DNA of 64,000 nt from contig NW_026860384.1 in NCBI RefSeq assembly GCF_026571515.1, positions 62,001-126,000 on the forward strand, written 5' to 3'. Source of the stretch: Ruditapes philippinarum (Eukaryota). A program made the translations under genes and the position numbers. This document shows, piece after piece, positions 1-13,020 of this stretch (position 1 is its first letter; each line of letters begins with the position of its first letter). The notes below the pieces were generated by a model, which searched no databases, was not told the origin of the DNA, and saw only the letters and a program-made list of their open reading frames with translations.

Positions 1-535
1 GACAAGAATCACATTGAACAAAATGAAACATTGTGATATTAATCTTAAAATACAAACAAGAACAAAGATAACGTACAGATACCATTATCATGTGTTCTAT
101 AACCCTTAAAGAAGTACAATACCTTCTTTAAAAGGGAAACAAACCTAGATGAAATACAGATACTTCCACCATAGATTATCGCAAAAGAATTAAAGGAATA
201 ACATACTTCCTTCAAATCCTGACCTAATGAAATTAACCCAAAAGACCAAAATCACAATGTTCAACAATAACAATAAAATACAAAGACACTAAACACACAT
301 CATATATACAAAGGCATTTCAAACTCTTAAATAACAACAGCGGCTTAAAAGCAACCTAGCAGATACAAGAAATATGCTTATCCACTATAACAAAGCTTTC
401 TTTATAAACTACAGATCTGCACTACCTGCTGGTAACAAGGTTAATTTATTCAATCTACATGGCAAATTTACCCTTCAGTAAATGAGAAATAGTGTTTATA
501 AAGAACCTATGCAAAAAAACGAGTTCCTTCAAAAT

Positions 536-993
536 TTAAGTGTAACCCACCATCTCTGACTGCGAATAAATCAGAAATGGGCTTCCCACCATGAAAAAGG
601 GTCGATATGAATGGATGAATTGGCATTTACGTTCCTTACATTTAGCCTCTAACTTCTGATTAACCAACTTCACTTTAACACTTGTCTGAGAATAATCCAC
701 AGACCGAGGTAAAATACTAGAGAAAACAATATGAGTAGAAGAAATGTCACGAATAACTGTGAACAAATTATTAAAATAGCTTAAAATCTGATCTACTGAC
801 AAATTATCACTTGAATTAATATCGTAAGTGCCAACATGTATAATGGTAAAACGTTTTTGCACTAAGGAATGATCACGCTGAATCCTAGAAGTCAATCGAA
901 CCAAATTGATGCCTGGAAAAGCTAACACCTTAGTATGCCAAATTCAATCTACATGCTTAGCTACATAATCGGAAATAATGTGAACTAGCACAT
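536..993 (-). pseudogene. SGNH/GDSL-type hydrolase ORF of the Ngaro element (degenerate)
   Basis: In-frame extension upstream of ORF 536..928 reads VHIISDYVAKHVD*IWHTKVLAFPG (block I ISDS with Ser>Tyr, one stop), followed by IIHVGTYDI (block III GxND-like) and IVFSSILPR. Confidence 0.75.
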
Positions 994-1030
994 CTGGAAA
1001 GAGAAAAAAAAACTATATAACATAAACAAG

Positions 1031-1992
1031 TTATAACGTCTCAAACATTTTGGATAAAATGTTAGCCTTATCAGACCAATTCAGTTCCAAATAAGATTTA
1101 TATGCATCAGATTTCCAATCCCCCAAAAGTTGAATATGCTCTGGAGAAATATTAGAACGATGAGCTAAAGTAGCAAAACCCCTTCTAAACGAATGAGAAG
1201 AAAACATTTCAGGAGGTAAACCAATTAAGGCAATACATTCCCTTAATTTCTTCTGAAATAAATAATATGAAACATATGAACCATTGGAAAGAGAAAATAA
1301 AACATTATTATTATTGCTTAACTTTAAGGCAAGCATATTTTCATATGCAACCACAGGGCATAATCTAACATCCTTGAGTCTTAACAAAGGACTAATAACC
1401 TCTCTTTCTCCATATTGATTCGTTTTCGACCAATTAAAATGAACCAAAATATAATCACCGTAATAAAGTACACTATCTTTACTTAAAGACCGACCTTTGA
1501 CAATATCAGAATAATTTGTGGGAACCAAATTAGATTTACTTGCCACAAGAAAAAAGGCAAATAAAAACAAACACCAATAAACTAAATTATCTGTAACAGA
1601 GAAATCTAAAACCTCATGAATCTGTAGCAATATACCCAAAGTTATGGGTTCGGCCTTCTTAACTAATCTAGGCTTTAATCTTTGTAAACCCTTGAAAGAC
1701 AAATTTAATAAATACATGTTAATATGGTCAATATTATAATCTAAAAACAAATGCAAGGTTTTTACACCACTTATATAATTCTTAACACTCTCGACAGAAA
1801 CAAAAGATCTGCTCAAAAAATGAGCATACAATTGAAGAGTGACAGTACAGGCAGGTAAAAAAACCAATTTGAAATATAAACAAAAAATCATAAAACTTTC
1901 CCACTGAATACGCAGATTCTTATTAGTTCCTTCTGCAAAGGCTGACTTGTTGGAATGTCTAAGATCACGCTTCAAAACCTTAAGCTCTGATT
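1031..1992 (-). pseudogene. Tyrosine recombinase of DIRS/Ngaro element (frame open, first catalytic Arg apparently replaced: ASKSNL)
   Basis: 314-aa ORF with SKTNQ, LCPV, HSFRRG and GDWKSDAYKSY motifs and an N-terminal core-binding region (SVKNYISGVKTLH). Confidence 0.9.
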
Positions 1993-2437
1993 CTGAAACA
2001 ATAAGTTACCAATCATGAAGAAATTTAAAATAATCTACAGAAACATTACCATTTTTCAAAGAAGAAATGTCTGAAACACAGCTAGAAAAATTCTGCTTTA
2101 AATCTAGGATCTAAATGCCATCTACTTAGACAATCTGAAATACGATTATCAGCACTAGTAAGGTGGGTGGCCCTTAATTGAAAATCATTCACAGCAGCTA
2201 TGAAACAAATTTCCCTCAAACACTGCTGTAAAAAGGAACTCCTGGCTTTACCTGATTTATTACAATACAAACTGATAAGTTATCACAGAAAATAACTACT
2301 TTTTTCTGACGTAAATCGGGACCCCAAAGTTTCAATGAAACTACAACAGTCAACATCTCTAAACAAGAAATGCTCATAGATTGATCTAATACAAATCCAG
2401 GAAATGGAGCGTGAAAAAATTTGGAACCATATATATA

Positions 2438-2960
2438 CTGTAACCCAATTTATATTCGCGTTTTCTTGATTTCCGAAAAAAAAAATTCGCGGATTGGAAA
2501 GTCGGATGGGGCCGAAAAATCCATTAGCCGACTATTAATCTTCAATAATTGAGGTCATTATTGGTGTCTTAAATGGGATTAACAATACGCTAGCCTTATA
2601 TTGTATTGATAAGTGAATTGTGATCACAATTCAGCAAAACATTTTCTCTATATATGTACAGACACATGTATTGACATAGAGTTCTTTTGATATTTATAAA
2701 ATAGAAGTAGTTTACTTGGTTTGTGTTTTTATTGCTTTATGGCAATATTCATAACAATTCATTACTTCCTAACAGGTGCCCGTAAAATTCGAATATATCC
2801 GGTCAAGTAGCTTTGTATGAACAACGTCTAAAATAAAAATTTCTCTCCAATTTATTCGCGAAATCGTGCGGACTTATTCGCGCAAACAAATATTCGCGCT
2901 TCATGGCCATCCGCGAATAAAGCGAATATTAATTGGTCGCGAATATTCGTTGAGTTATAG
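2438..2960. mobile_element. TA-flanked MITE inserted in the Ngaro RNase H
   Basis: Imperfect TIRs ctgtaacccaatttatattcgcg / cgcgaatattcgttgagttatag, TA on both sides, subterminal attcgcg/cgcgaat repeats. Splits ...LTGCGG from (I)YGSKFFHAPFP... Confidence 0.85.
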
Positions 2961-3494
2961 TACCTCCGCAACCAGTTAAACAACTATCAGAACTAAAAAC
3001 ACTGTCAACTTGTAACCACTCTCCATAATCAATCAAGGAGATACCATTATATATGGGTAAAAAAATTACTCCACCATAACAAATCTTTCTTAACTTCAAA
3101 AGGAATTTGAAAAACATCTATTTGAGAATTATAACAATCTCTTAACCAATTCAAAATACGATTTATGAAAACACGACTTGATCTAACACAAGCTTCAATG
3201 AATTTTAATTTACCAAGCAATCTTTGTATGTCTTTCAGAGATGCAGTATCAAGATTTAACCAAGAAAAAACTATACCCTTAATGTCCTTAAGCCTTTATT
3301 CTGTGACCTGCATTGTCATAGTACTACTGTCAAACAAAACTCCTAAAAAAATCATAACCTGAGATGGACGGCAAGCTTTGTCCACAGCCTCCTTAATCCC
3401 GCTCCTTATAAAAATCTCATGTAAAAAATTAAAAGCAAAAAGAGCGGTATGCTCATTTTCCACACCTGTAAAGTCATCTAAATTATTTAAACAA

Positions 3495-3601
3495 GGTAAA
3501 ATATGATAAACAAGATCAACAAGGAAAGGCGGCGTTCAATGAACGCAACCCCCACATGACCCAGCAACAAAAACCAATGGCAAGGAGCCCAGGGGGACCC
3601 C
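3495..3601 (-). mobile_element. 5'-truncated retroelement 3'-end fragment inserted in Ngaro RT with 6-bp TSD
   Basis: AAACAA at 3489-3494 and 3602-3607. Removing the insert and one TSD restores in-frame NVGFCLNNLDDF. Matches the reverse complement of 61779-61835 and resembles 41870-41905. Confidence 0.8.
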
Positions 3602-4510
3602 AAACAAAAACCAACATTCTACATCATGAAAGCGAAAGCATTTTTAACCCTTTGACAAATATATGCAGACGATCTTAACCCCATTGCTAAAACTGTATCG
3701 AAAAAGATATGATTATTCCACGAAAAACCAACCAAATTATAACTAGAATGACATATACTAATTTGTCTATATGCCCGCCTTAAATCTAGTTAATACATAA
3801 AACAACATTGACCTTAACTTTTGATTAAGGCTACAAAATCGTCAATTTTTGGGAAAACCAATTCAGCTCTACTCCCAAGATAATAATCTTTAGGAATAAA
3901 GTCATTTACCCCTGTACAATTTTTAGGATAACTTAAATCTAAAATCACCCTACGCTCACTAGGATTTGATTTTGGTACAGCATTAAGAGGAGAAATGACC
4001 ATACCTTCATCAAAGGGACAACGAGCAAAAGGTCCAATAATAGCCCCATGTGAAGCTTCTTTCTGTAAATATTTGACCATGTCATCTGGAAACAATACAG
4101 CACCAGTATGATTTTTAACTTTTGCAGTTTTAGAAAACAAAATGCTTTTATCTTCCAAATCAATATCAATCGGAAACCCAAATTTAAATAATTCACAAAC
4201 CTGCATATCATAATAACCATGCAGCATCTTACTCATGAAAACAGTATCAATTTTATGATAACCTTGAATCCGACATCCCTCAAAGTTAAACTTACCAGAA
4301 GCCTTATCTTGCTTGGCAATATCAACCTTATTTAAGGAAGATAAATTCAAGTTATTTTTAAGAGATAAACAGATTTTACAACTTCTATTATGTCTACAAA
4401 AACAACTTGTATCTGATTTAACTGTAACAGAAGAACTGACAATTTTTTTTACATAAATCAGGTAGAAAAACATCAACCAAATTATTTCTTTCAACAACAT
4501 TAATAGACAG

Positions 4511-5822
4511 TCACTGATTTGCATGAGGGCAAGCACTAGAGCATTCTGGATGTGGTAACTCTTTCTTATCCAAGTCCCAGCAAGTAGCGCAGATGTGTTT
4601 ATCAAAACGAGTTTTACCTCCTTTACTAGTGACTACATGAGCAGACTTTAGAGAACATTTATTTCTCTGAAACTTAGAACAAAACAAGACACTTTTATCA
4701 TCAATTGTACCAGTACTAACTTTTTCTTGAGGGAGGCCATACCTGGGATCAGGCTTCAACTTTACCGACTCTGACCTATACTTAAATTTTTGAACAAATC
4801 TGGACAGAACTGTAGCCTCAACATATTGGAAGTCATCTCCCCTTTTGCTATGACCCAACTCAATTTCTCTCAGTACAGCAGCGTATAAAGACTTAATTAC
4901 TAAAAAATCATATGAGCTGTTAATATTCATCAGTTTTTTTTAATTAATTTAAGCGTCCTTGTTTCTCGTGTCTACTTATCTTTGAAGAACAAATTATCTC
5001 TAACTCTCCAGCAATGAATAAGTTAAAATCAAGTTTCTCAAATGAAACGTCCTTACTCACAAAATCAAAGCGCAAATTCGCATGTGGATAACGTTGCTTA
5101 TATTTAACAGAGTCAGAAGATCTAGAAGTAATTCCTGATTTAGTTTTGTGTTTTCTACCTTGAATCTTAACCCTCTCATGACTTAAAGAGGAATCAGAGT
5201 AACTTGAATCAGAGGTAGAACTTGAATCTGTATCAGATGCTTCAGAACTAAACAAACCTAAATTTGCAAATTCCTTCTTGGCAGACATTTTTAAACCAGG
5301 AACTTTCCGCAAAGCATCTATAGTAAGAAACATACCTTCTTTTGAAGTACCTGCACCTTTGGATGATGTCTGTTTAACCGGAGGAGCACTCAATACAGTC
5401 TGTTTACCCTTTTTGTCAACTCGACCCTTCTTCTTACTTTTTGTAGTGGTGCCACTATCCTTCACATGAGCGGAACCTGACACAGATAGTGACTTTTCAA
5501 GGTCGTGAATGTACGCTTCTTTTTCTTCTACTTGCCTCCTCAGCATCTCCAGCTCATTCCGTTCCTGAAAGCGAGCCTGCTGTTCGTCTAAAGGTGACAA
5601 ACGAGCCAACAAATGTTCTTTTTCAGAAACCTTGACATCTCCCGGAAGTACTTTAGACGGTGACGAAGCCACAATCTCCCTAGGAAAAACATACAACTGG
5701 ACGGGAGAAACCGTTATTGCCTCTGAAATCTGTAGTTTCTTAGCAGGCGTTGATATTCTTCCCTAATTCATTGCTTTGTAATCGAGAACTTCTCTATTTC
5801 TCGCTGATTTTCGGTCACTCAT
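4511..5822 (-). pseudogene. gag-like ORF1 of DIRS/Ngaro element
   Basis: ATG at 5822 (MSDRKSARNREVLDYKAMN*) is in frame with ORF 4944..5696 (coiled coil, Ser-rich tract, LFIAGELEII). After a stop and frameshift in an A-run, ORF 4511..4930 carries a Cys/His C-terminus (FCSKFQRNKC...H...HICATC...HPECSSACP). Confidence 0.8.
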
Positions 5823-8334
5823 GATGAAAAGAAAATTCAATAACAAATTATACCTGTCCTTCACACAAAAAGACTTCAAACTGGTCCCAAAACAGCTGAT
5901 TTTCAATAGCAAATAGTCCCGAGTACTACATCGTATACGTTTAAATTGGTAACAGAAAATATTTGAAACTAATTGTCGGGCACAGTAAAACCCTTTATGA
6001 CAACAATTTTCTCATTTTTTTCTAAAAACGTCAACCTACAAACCTGTCTGTCAAAACTGTAACCAAAATAGCGCCAAAAACGACTATTTATAAGAAAATG
6101 CGTAGTTATACAAATACTATGGAACCTGTCAAGCATGAAATTAACCTTTAACCTAACATGGACCAATCAAAAGGCCTGTTATATATCCATAATTAAAAGA
6201 TTTCATTTAGCAACAAAATGCTTCACTTATTTGTTTACAGTTATTAAATATGCATATGTGATGTTTCCACGGAATAACTGTGACCTAACGGTTGTTACGT
6301 TTCACTTGACACAGATATAACAAAATATATTTTTCAAAAAGATACTCGGTCGAACTAAAACTGGTTTATTTGCAAACGTAGGCAACATAATAGTATCATA
6401 AGGATTTATGCTATTGAGCATATTTTTTGAATAATTGTAATTGTGAGTGGTAGTTTTCGTTAATGTTTGGCAAAATGTATAGCTCATTAAAGAAGCGTAA
6501 AATAATCTATAGGAGGATGCATGGTAATACAGAGGAGTAGGCATGGTTAAACAGAACTTCAGTATCTGAAATTTAACATGATAGTAAAAGAACTTATGAG
6601 TGTAGAAAGTTCGTTTCCAGAACTCCTTTACATTAATTAAAAATAAGACGCGTATACCATGTCAGAAAAATCCTTTATGTTATTTTACTAATTTTACAAT
6701 GTCCAGTCAGATTCCGAGATTTCAGATTGTAATTTAAAAATGGCCAATGAAATTTTTTGCATATATTCATTTCTTCCCTGTAAATTTTACAGGAGGTCAA
6801 ACTGAAAACAAACTGGCCTTCGTCCGGGAAAAAACCCTATTATTGCACTCGTTAACATGTAGCAAGTAGGACAGTTTGATGCAGTAGAACTTACTCTACA
6901 AATATCAGTTTTAATTCAGTTTAACCGGATAACCGAGATCTTTATAGACATAATTTTCTATGATATATTGTGCAGCAATTGATTGCAGGATAAAAAACTT
7001 TCCAAGCGCACAATTGTATGGATCAATTTGCAACAAGTTAACTCGGTGTATTTTTATTAGCAGTATTACTTCCACTCTAGCAAAGATCTTGACAGGCTTT
7101 GCTGTGATATGATAAAGATCAACAAGGGCGAGCTAAAATCAGTCTCTAACCAAAATTGAGGATATATCACCATATACAAAAACATATTGAATAAAAAGTG
7201 TCCTTTAATCCTATGCTAAGCATAAAGGGATGTATGATGATCTAATACCGACAATATTTCTATAAATATACACGAGTGTGGACGAATATTGTAGTTCATT
7301 TGGAGTGTTTCTATGTGCATGTCTACGGTTTGTCTTACATTAAAAAGATTAAAGTGTTGTTTTTACATAGACGGACATTATCCCTAAGACAAAGTTACTA
7401 TCGAGTCTCTTACAAAATTTGTTTTTATTTTATCCTGTTTTTTTAAATGTCTTGGACATTGCATGATTGCTTTGATCATTAAATGCTTCATACATATAAA
7501 TAATGTATGTATGTTTATTGTTATAAATCATCAGTTTTCTCGTAATAAAAATCCTACCAAAATATACAACGTATTTGTTTGTTTAAAAAGATTTATTTAC
7601 AATTTAAAATTAACCCTACTACAACACAAGCATAAGAAACAACATAAGCATGAACTTTGTCGCGTTCTTACACATGATAACGTTCTTGAGGCACTCATTT
7701 GTGAATAGTCCGTTATACAAATGATTACAGTTATATCTTACACATTGTATCTATCACGTGAGCAACAAGCAAACTTTTAACTGTAAAATGGAAACCTTTT
7801 CTATTTCTCTCTGTTCTATTGTTAATCAGACAGTTGATAACAGCAATTGTGATCAACTCTGAACTATTTATTTCGACTTTTAGTCAGATGTGTAATCAAA
7901 TCAAAAGACGATGTACATATGTATAAGTCTGTAAATAAATTTCAGTTCTGTTCTGTGTCAAATGAGAACGTTTTTATTTCAATGGAAATGTCAAGAATAG
8001 CTTGTGCCTTTGTTTAAATTAGACATAATGTCCAAAACAAAATTTGATAGCCAATATGTATTTCTTAATAATTTGTAAATGTGAATGGAATAAAATCTCA
8101 AAAGTACGCAAGTAACAAAAATATTTAATTACTTTAGTTGCAAATTAAATAATTTGATGTTATTGGCATTGTAAATTTGTTTAATATATTCTATTTTTGA
8201 ATGCATTAAAAAAATCATGAAAGGTTTATAAAATCATTAATCAGAACTGACATGGCATACTAAACGTGTTCAGCATAACATTAAATCATTAAATCATTGA
8301 TTCCAATTTTGTTTGCTTTGTTTATTAATGAATT

Positions 8335-9213
8335 GTATATTTTAATGGTGGAAATGATATAAGATGTATCCAACTCTGGCCTTATATTGTTGAAGTATTT
8401 TACTTATGTTTGCAGATGATATAGCATTACTGTAGAGACATAGAGACTATTGTCGTTATACAGAAACAAATAAACTTTTTACAAAAAAAAACTGTATTAG
8501 TAGTAAACTTGTTGTTGATATTGAAAAAAAAGTACATGTACTTAAAAAAGTGGGCATTTATCTAGAAGAGAAACACGGCAGTATCATGGTAACAAACAGG
8601 AAATTGAAGAATCCTAAATTATTTATAATAGTGTTATATGAACAGTGTCTAACAGACCAGTTAGAAAATGTAATATTAAATCATTATAACTTTTATGTAT
8701 AAGACTACCTTTAAAACGGAACAATATATTTCTGTAATAGATATTGAAAAGTATAGAAAGTGCTTTGCTAGTTTTAGAAGCTCATTACATTGTTATGGTT
8801 GAAAAGGGTAGACGTTTTAATATTGATAGAGAAAACCTTCCTTGTATCTACTATGAATCAATGTAAAATGATGAATATCACTTTCTTCTCGTGTTTTCTT
8901 TATATGTTATTTTACGTTCATTTTTTATACCATTGTATTACTCTCAATACCCGACTGTTGAAAAGTTCTACTCTTTGATGGTTACTGAAGACGAGTCATT
9001 GATAGTAATGTTGCTATGTATATTTATTATGCATTTAAAGAAAGAGATTATTTCCTCAAATGTTTTGAATAATGTAAATTCAGATTGTACTGTATAGTTA
9101 TATTAGAAATTTAACCATTACTATATATCCAGTAATGCTAATTTGTATTGTATATTGTATGTACTGTGTATTGGCCGGAGGACTCTTGTACAATGAAGCT
9201 ATTGAATTGAATT
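8335..9213 (+). mobile_element. Internally deleted LINE (CR1/L2-group) ORF2 remnant with 3' tail, copy 1
   Basis: RT core ...LLMFADDIAL, C-terminal KYRKCFASFRSS...EKGRRFNIDRE...DEYHFLL, ending in gggccggagg-like motif then (ttgaa)n tail. Confidence 0.8.
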
Positions 9214-10724
9214 AAATCACAGATTCATTTAATGGTCTATAGTTAACTTGTATCATAATTTGGGGACATTTCTGTTGAAAATTGTCAAAGCTAAATAGTA
9301 TACATAAACATGCACAATGCGTTTTATGCGTTCAATATATTGTGCAGCAATTGATTGCAGGATAAAAAACTTTCCAAGCGCACAATTGTATGTATCAATT
9401 TGCAACAAGTTAACTCGGTGTATTTTTATTAGCAGTATTACTTCCACTCTAGCAAGGATCTTGACAGGCTTTGTTGTTATATGATAAAAATCAACAAGGG
9501 AGAGCAAAAATCAGTCTCTAACCAAATTGAGGATATATCACCATATACAAAAACATATTGAATAAAAAGTGTCCTTTAATCCTATGCTAAGGATAAAGGG
9601 ATGTATGATGATCTAATACCGACAATATTTCTATAAATATACACTAGTGTGGACGAATATTGTAGTTCATTTGGAGTGTTTCTCGGTGCATGTCTACGGT
9701 TTGTCTTACATTAAAAAGATTAAAGTAATGTTTTTACATAGACGGACATTATCCCTAAGACAAAGTTACTATCGAGTCTCTTACAAAATTTGTTTTTATT
9801 TTATCCTGTTTTTTTAATGTCTTGGACATTGCATGATTGCTTTGATCATTAAATGCTTCATACATATAAATAATGTATGTATGTTTATTGTTATAAATCA
9901 TCAGTTTTCTCGTAATAAAAATCCTACCAAAATATACAACGTATTTGTTTGTTTAAAAAGATTTATTTACAATTTAAAATTAACCCTACTACAACACAAG
10001 CATAAGAAACAACATAAGCATGAACTTTGTCGCGTTCTTACACATGATAACGTTCTTTAGGCATTCATTTGTGAATAGTCCGTTATACAAATGATTACAG
10101 TTATATCTTACACATTGTATCTATCATGTGAGCAACAAGCAAACTTTTAACTGTAAAATGGAAACCTTTTCTATTTCTCTCTGTTCTATTGTTAATCAGA
10201 CAGTTGATAACTGTTATTATTTATTGAAAGTACAGCAATTGTTATCAACTCTGAACTATTTATTTCGACTTTTAGTCAGATGTGTAATCAAATCAAAAGA
10301 CGATGTACATATGTATAAGTCTGTAAATAAATTTCTGTTCTGTTCTGTGTCAAATGAGAACGTTTTTATTTCAATGGAAATGTCAAGAATAGCTTGTGCC
10401 TTTGTTTAAATTAGACATAATATCCAAAACAAAATTTGATAGCCAATATGTATTTCTTAATAATTTGTAAATGTGAATGGAATAAAATCTCAAAAGTACG
10501 CAAGTAAAAAAAATATTTAATTACTTTAGTTGCAAATTAAATAATTTGATGTTATAGGCATTGTAAATTTGTTTAATATATTCTATTTTTGAATGCATGA
10601 AAAAAATCATGAAAGGTTTATAAAATCATTAATCAGAACTGACATGGCATACTAAACGTGTTCAGCATAACATTAAATCATTAAATCATTGAGTCCAATT
10701 TTGTTTGTTTTGTTTATAAATGAA

Positions 10725-11608
10725 TTGTATATTTTAATGGTGGAAATGATATAAGAGGTATCCAACTCTGTCCTTATATTGTTGAAGTATTTTTACTTAT
10801 GTTTGCAGATGATATAGCATTACTGTAGAGACATAGAGACTATTGTCGTTATACAGAAACAAATAAACTTTTTTACACAAAAAAAACTGTATTAGTAGTA
10901 AACTTGTTGTTGATATTGAAAAAAAAGTACATGTATTTAAAAAAAGTGGGCATTTATTTAGAAGAGAAACACGGAAGTATCATGGTAACAAACAGGAAAT
11001 TGAAGAATCCTAAATTATTTATAATAGTGTTATATGAACAGTGTCTAACAGACCAGTTAGAAAATGTAATATTAAATCATTATAACTTTTATGTATAAGA
11101 CTACCTTTAAAACGGAACAATATATTTCTGTAATAGATATTGAAAAGTATAGAAAGTGCTTTGCTAGTTTTAGAAGCTCATTACATTGTTATGGATGAAA
11201 AGGGTAGACTTTTAATATTGATAGAGAAAACCTTGATTGTATCTACTATGAATCAATGTTAAAGGATGAATATCACTTTCTTCTCGTATTTTCTTTATAT
11301 GTAATTTTACGTTCATTTTTTATACCATTGTATTACTCTCAATACCCGACTGTTGAAAAGTTCTACTCTTTGATGGTTACTGAAGACGAGTCATTGATAG
11401 TAATGTTGCTATGTATATTTATTATGCATTTAAAGAAAGAGATTATTTCCTCAAATGTTTTGAATAATGTAAATTCAGATTGTACTGTATAATTATATTA
11501 GAAATTTAACCATTACTATATATCCAGTAATGCTAATTTGTATTGTATATTGTATGTACTGTGTATGGGCCGGAGGCCTCTTGTACAATGAAGCTATTGA
11601 ATTGAATT
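10725..11608 (+). mobile_element. LINE ORF2 remnant, copy 2 (in second tandem unit)
   Basis: Same FADD and DEYHFLLV motifs and (ttgaa)n tail as 8335-9213. Confidence 0.8.
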
Positions 11609-13020
11609 AAATCACAGATTCATTTAATGGTCTATAGTTAACTTGTATCATAATTTGGGGACATTTCTGTTGAAAATTGTCAAAGTTAAATGGTATACAT
11701 AAACATGCACAATGCGTTATCTGGAGTGCAGGTATTAGTTACCCGCACTCCAATGCATACCCATTATTTGGCTTATATTTTCTGTTTACTTACTGTGACG
11801 TCAGAGAAAGGGATAACTATAGAAATATTATATTCAGATGCTCGTTCATTGGTAACTTTTTTCTGGGGTTTCATATTTTTGCCTATTATACAAAAGAGAC
11901 ATCAAAACACCCGACAATGTGATTTATACTCGGGGGCTACGCTCCCTCGTACAAATCAGATAGCCTCGTTTTTCGATGCTCTTTCTATTACTTTAAGTGG
12001 AAAGAAAATTTTATAACAGTATATTATGGTGTATAATAATCGTTTTGTATGACTCGAATTTAAATAAGGTAATGCAATAAATTTTGGTAAATTTGGCACA
12101 CTACTGGCAGACATGTTTCTTAAGACTTTTAATTCAGGGGCGTGAGGGATGTTGCACGTATTCATTATCCCTCATGTACAGACTGAATCAAATCGAGTCT
12201 GCAATTCTCTTGTAATTTTGTTGTGATTAATGATTCCGAGGGATCACTTTGTTTCCAGATTGTTATAATTTTTCTGGTCCTTGGAGATCAGATGTCATTG
12301 ATTTCATTGATTGAAGCACAGGGAAGCTGAAATTCAGATATAACATCATTTATTAGAACTCAGCTTTTATTGTTTGAATATCTGACTACTATTGTTCTGA
12401 CAAAGTGCTCATTAGCCCATAAGTCTAAAAGCTTAACAAACATATCCGAAATGCTTATCTTTTCTCTTCTTTCTTATTCTCCTTATAACACTATGGGACA
12501 GTCATATATAAAAAAATAAGAAAAAAAAATGTATGATATAGTTTATTGCATTTATATATTAACGACATAATGTCTAAATAGAATCACATTTGTGTAAGTA
12601 TGTCATTACATTTGAAAAATATTAATATCACATTAAATTTCCCGCCTGACCGATGAATACTTACAAATTTAGGGTCTGCAACTTTCATAGTGACAGGGTT
12701 AATTTATAACTTCTCGTTAGCTTTTTCAGTAAGCCTGACAACAACAATTATATCTTTAAGTAACGGATTTTTAAATTGGTAAGCTTTCGAAAGCGGGACA
12801 ATTTTCAAACTTATCAGGCGAATAGCGTATGATTAGTGAATGAATTCGAATTTAACAGTATAATTCAGTCTATGAATTGTACATTAAATGAATGTAAGTA
12901 AGACATTTTGCAATTGAGCAGTGTAACCTTTTGAAAAAAAATGTATTACATTTAAAATAAGCAAATGACATATGACGTGAAAGCATTTATCCCAGCATGA
13001 TAATTTTAAAACTTTTACAA

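Larger units (their letters stand above)
2082..4460 (-). pseudogene. Reverse transcriptase / RNase H of DIRS/Ngaro element, disrupted
   Basis: Motifs in order: ISPLNAVPK, RRVILDLSYP, LDLRRAYRQI, MGLRSSAYICQR, LNNLDDF (YLDD-like), FLGVLFDS, SSDSCLTGCGG, ISCLEML, FCDN, NRISDCLSRW. Interrupted by stops and by insertions at 2438-2960 and 3495-3601. Confidence 0.9.
536..5822 (-). mobile_element. Decayed tyrosine-recombinase retrotransposon (DIRS order, Ngaro-like): gag - RT/RNaseH - YR - SGNH hydrolase
   Basis: Co-linear minus-strand remnants of gag, RT, RNase H, tyrosine recombinase and an SGNH-type hydrolase. A hydrolase downstream of YR is characteristic of Ngaro elements. Many stops and frameshifts and two nested insertions. 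Termini are not resolved (5' end possibly ~6308; 3' repeats probably left of the window). Confidence 0.9.
6963..11718. repeat. Near-identical direct tandem duplication, period ~2372 bp
   Basis: atatattgtgcagcaattgattgcagg begins at 6963 and 9335; both units end at aaacatgcacaatgcgtt; matching spurious ORFs at 7463/9833 and 8891/11256. Confidence 0.95.

Noticed and set aside
1-535. Ngaro split direct terminal repeats
   Set aside because: No match to the 5.9-6.3 kb region found by eye; the 3' repeats probably lie outside the window.
1031-1975. Phage or bacterial integrase interpretation of the tyrosine recombinase
   Set aside because: It is embedded with gag, RT/RNase H and hydrolase in a DIRS-order retrotransposon in eukaryotic DNA.
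7463-10409. Repeated short ORFs (MIALIIKCF..., MSNKQTF...)
   Set aside because: No recognisable domain; they recur only because of the tandem duplication.
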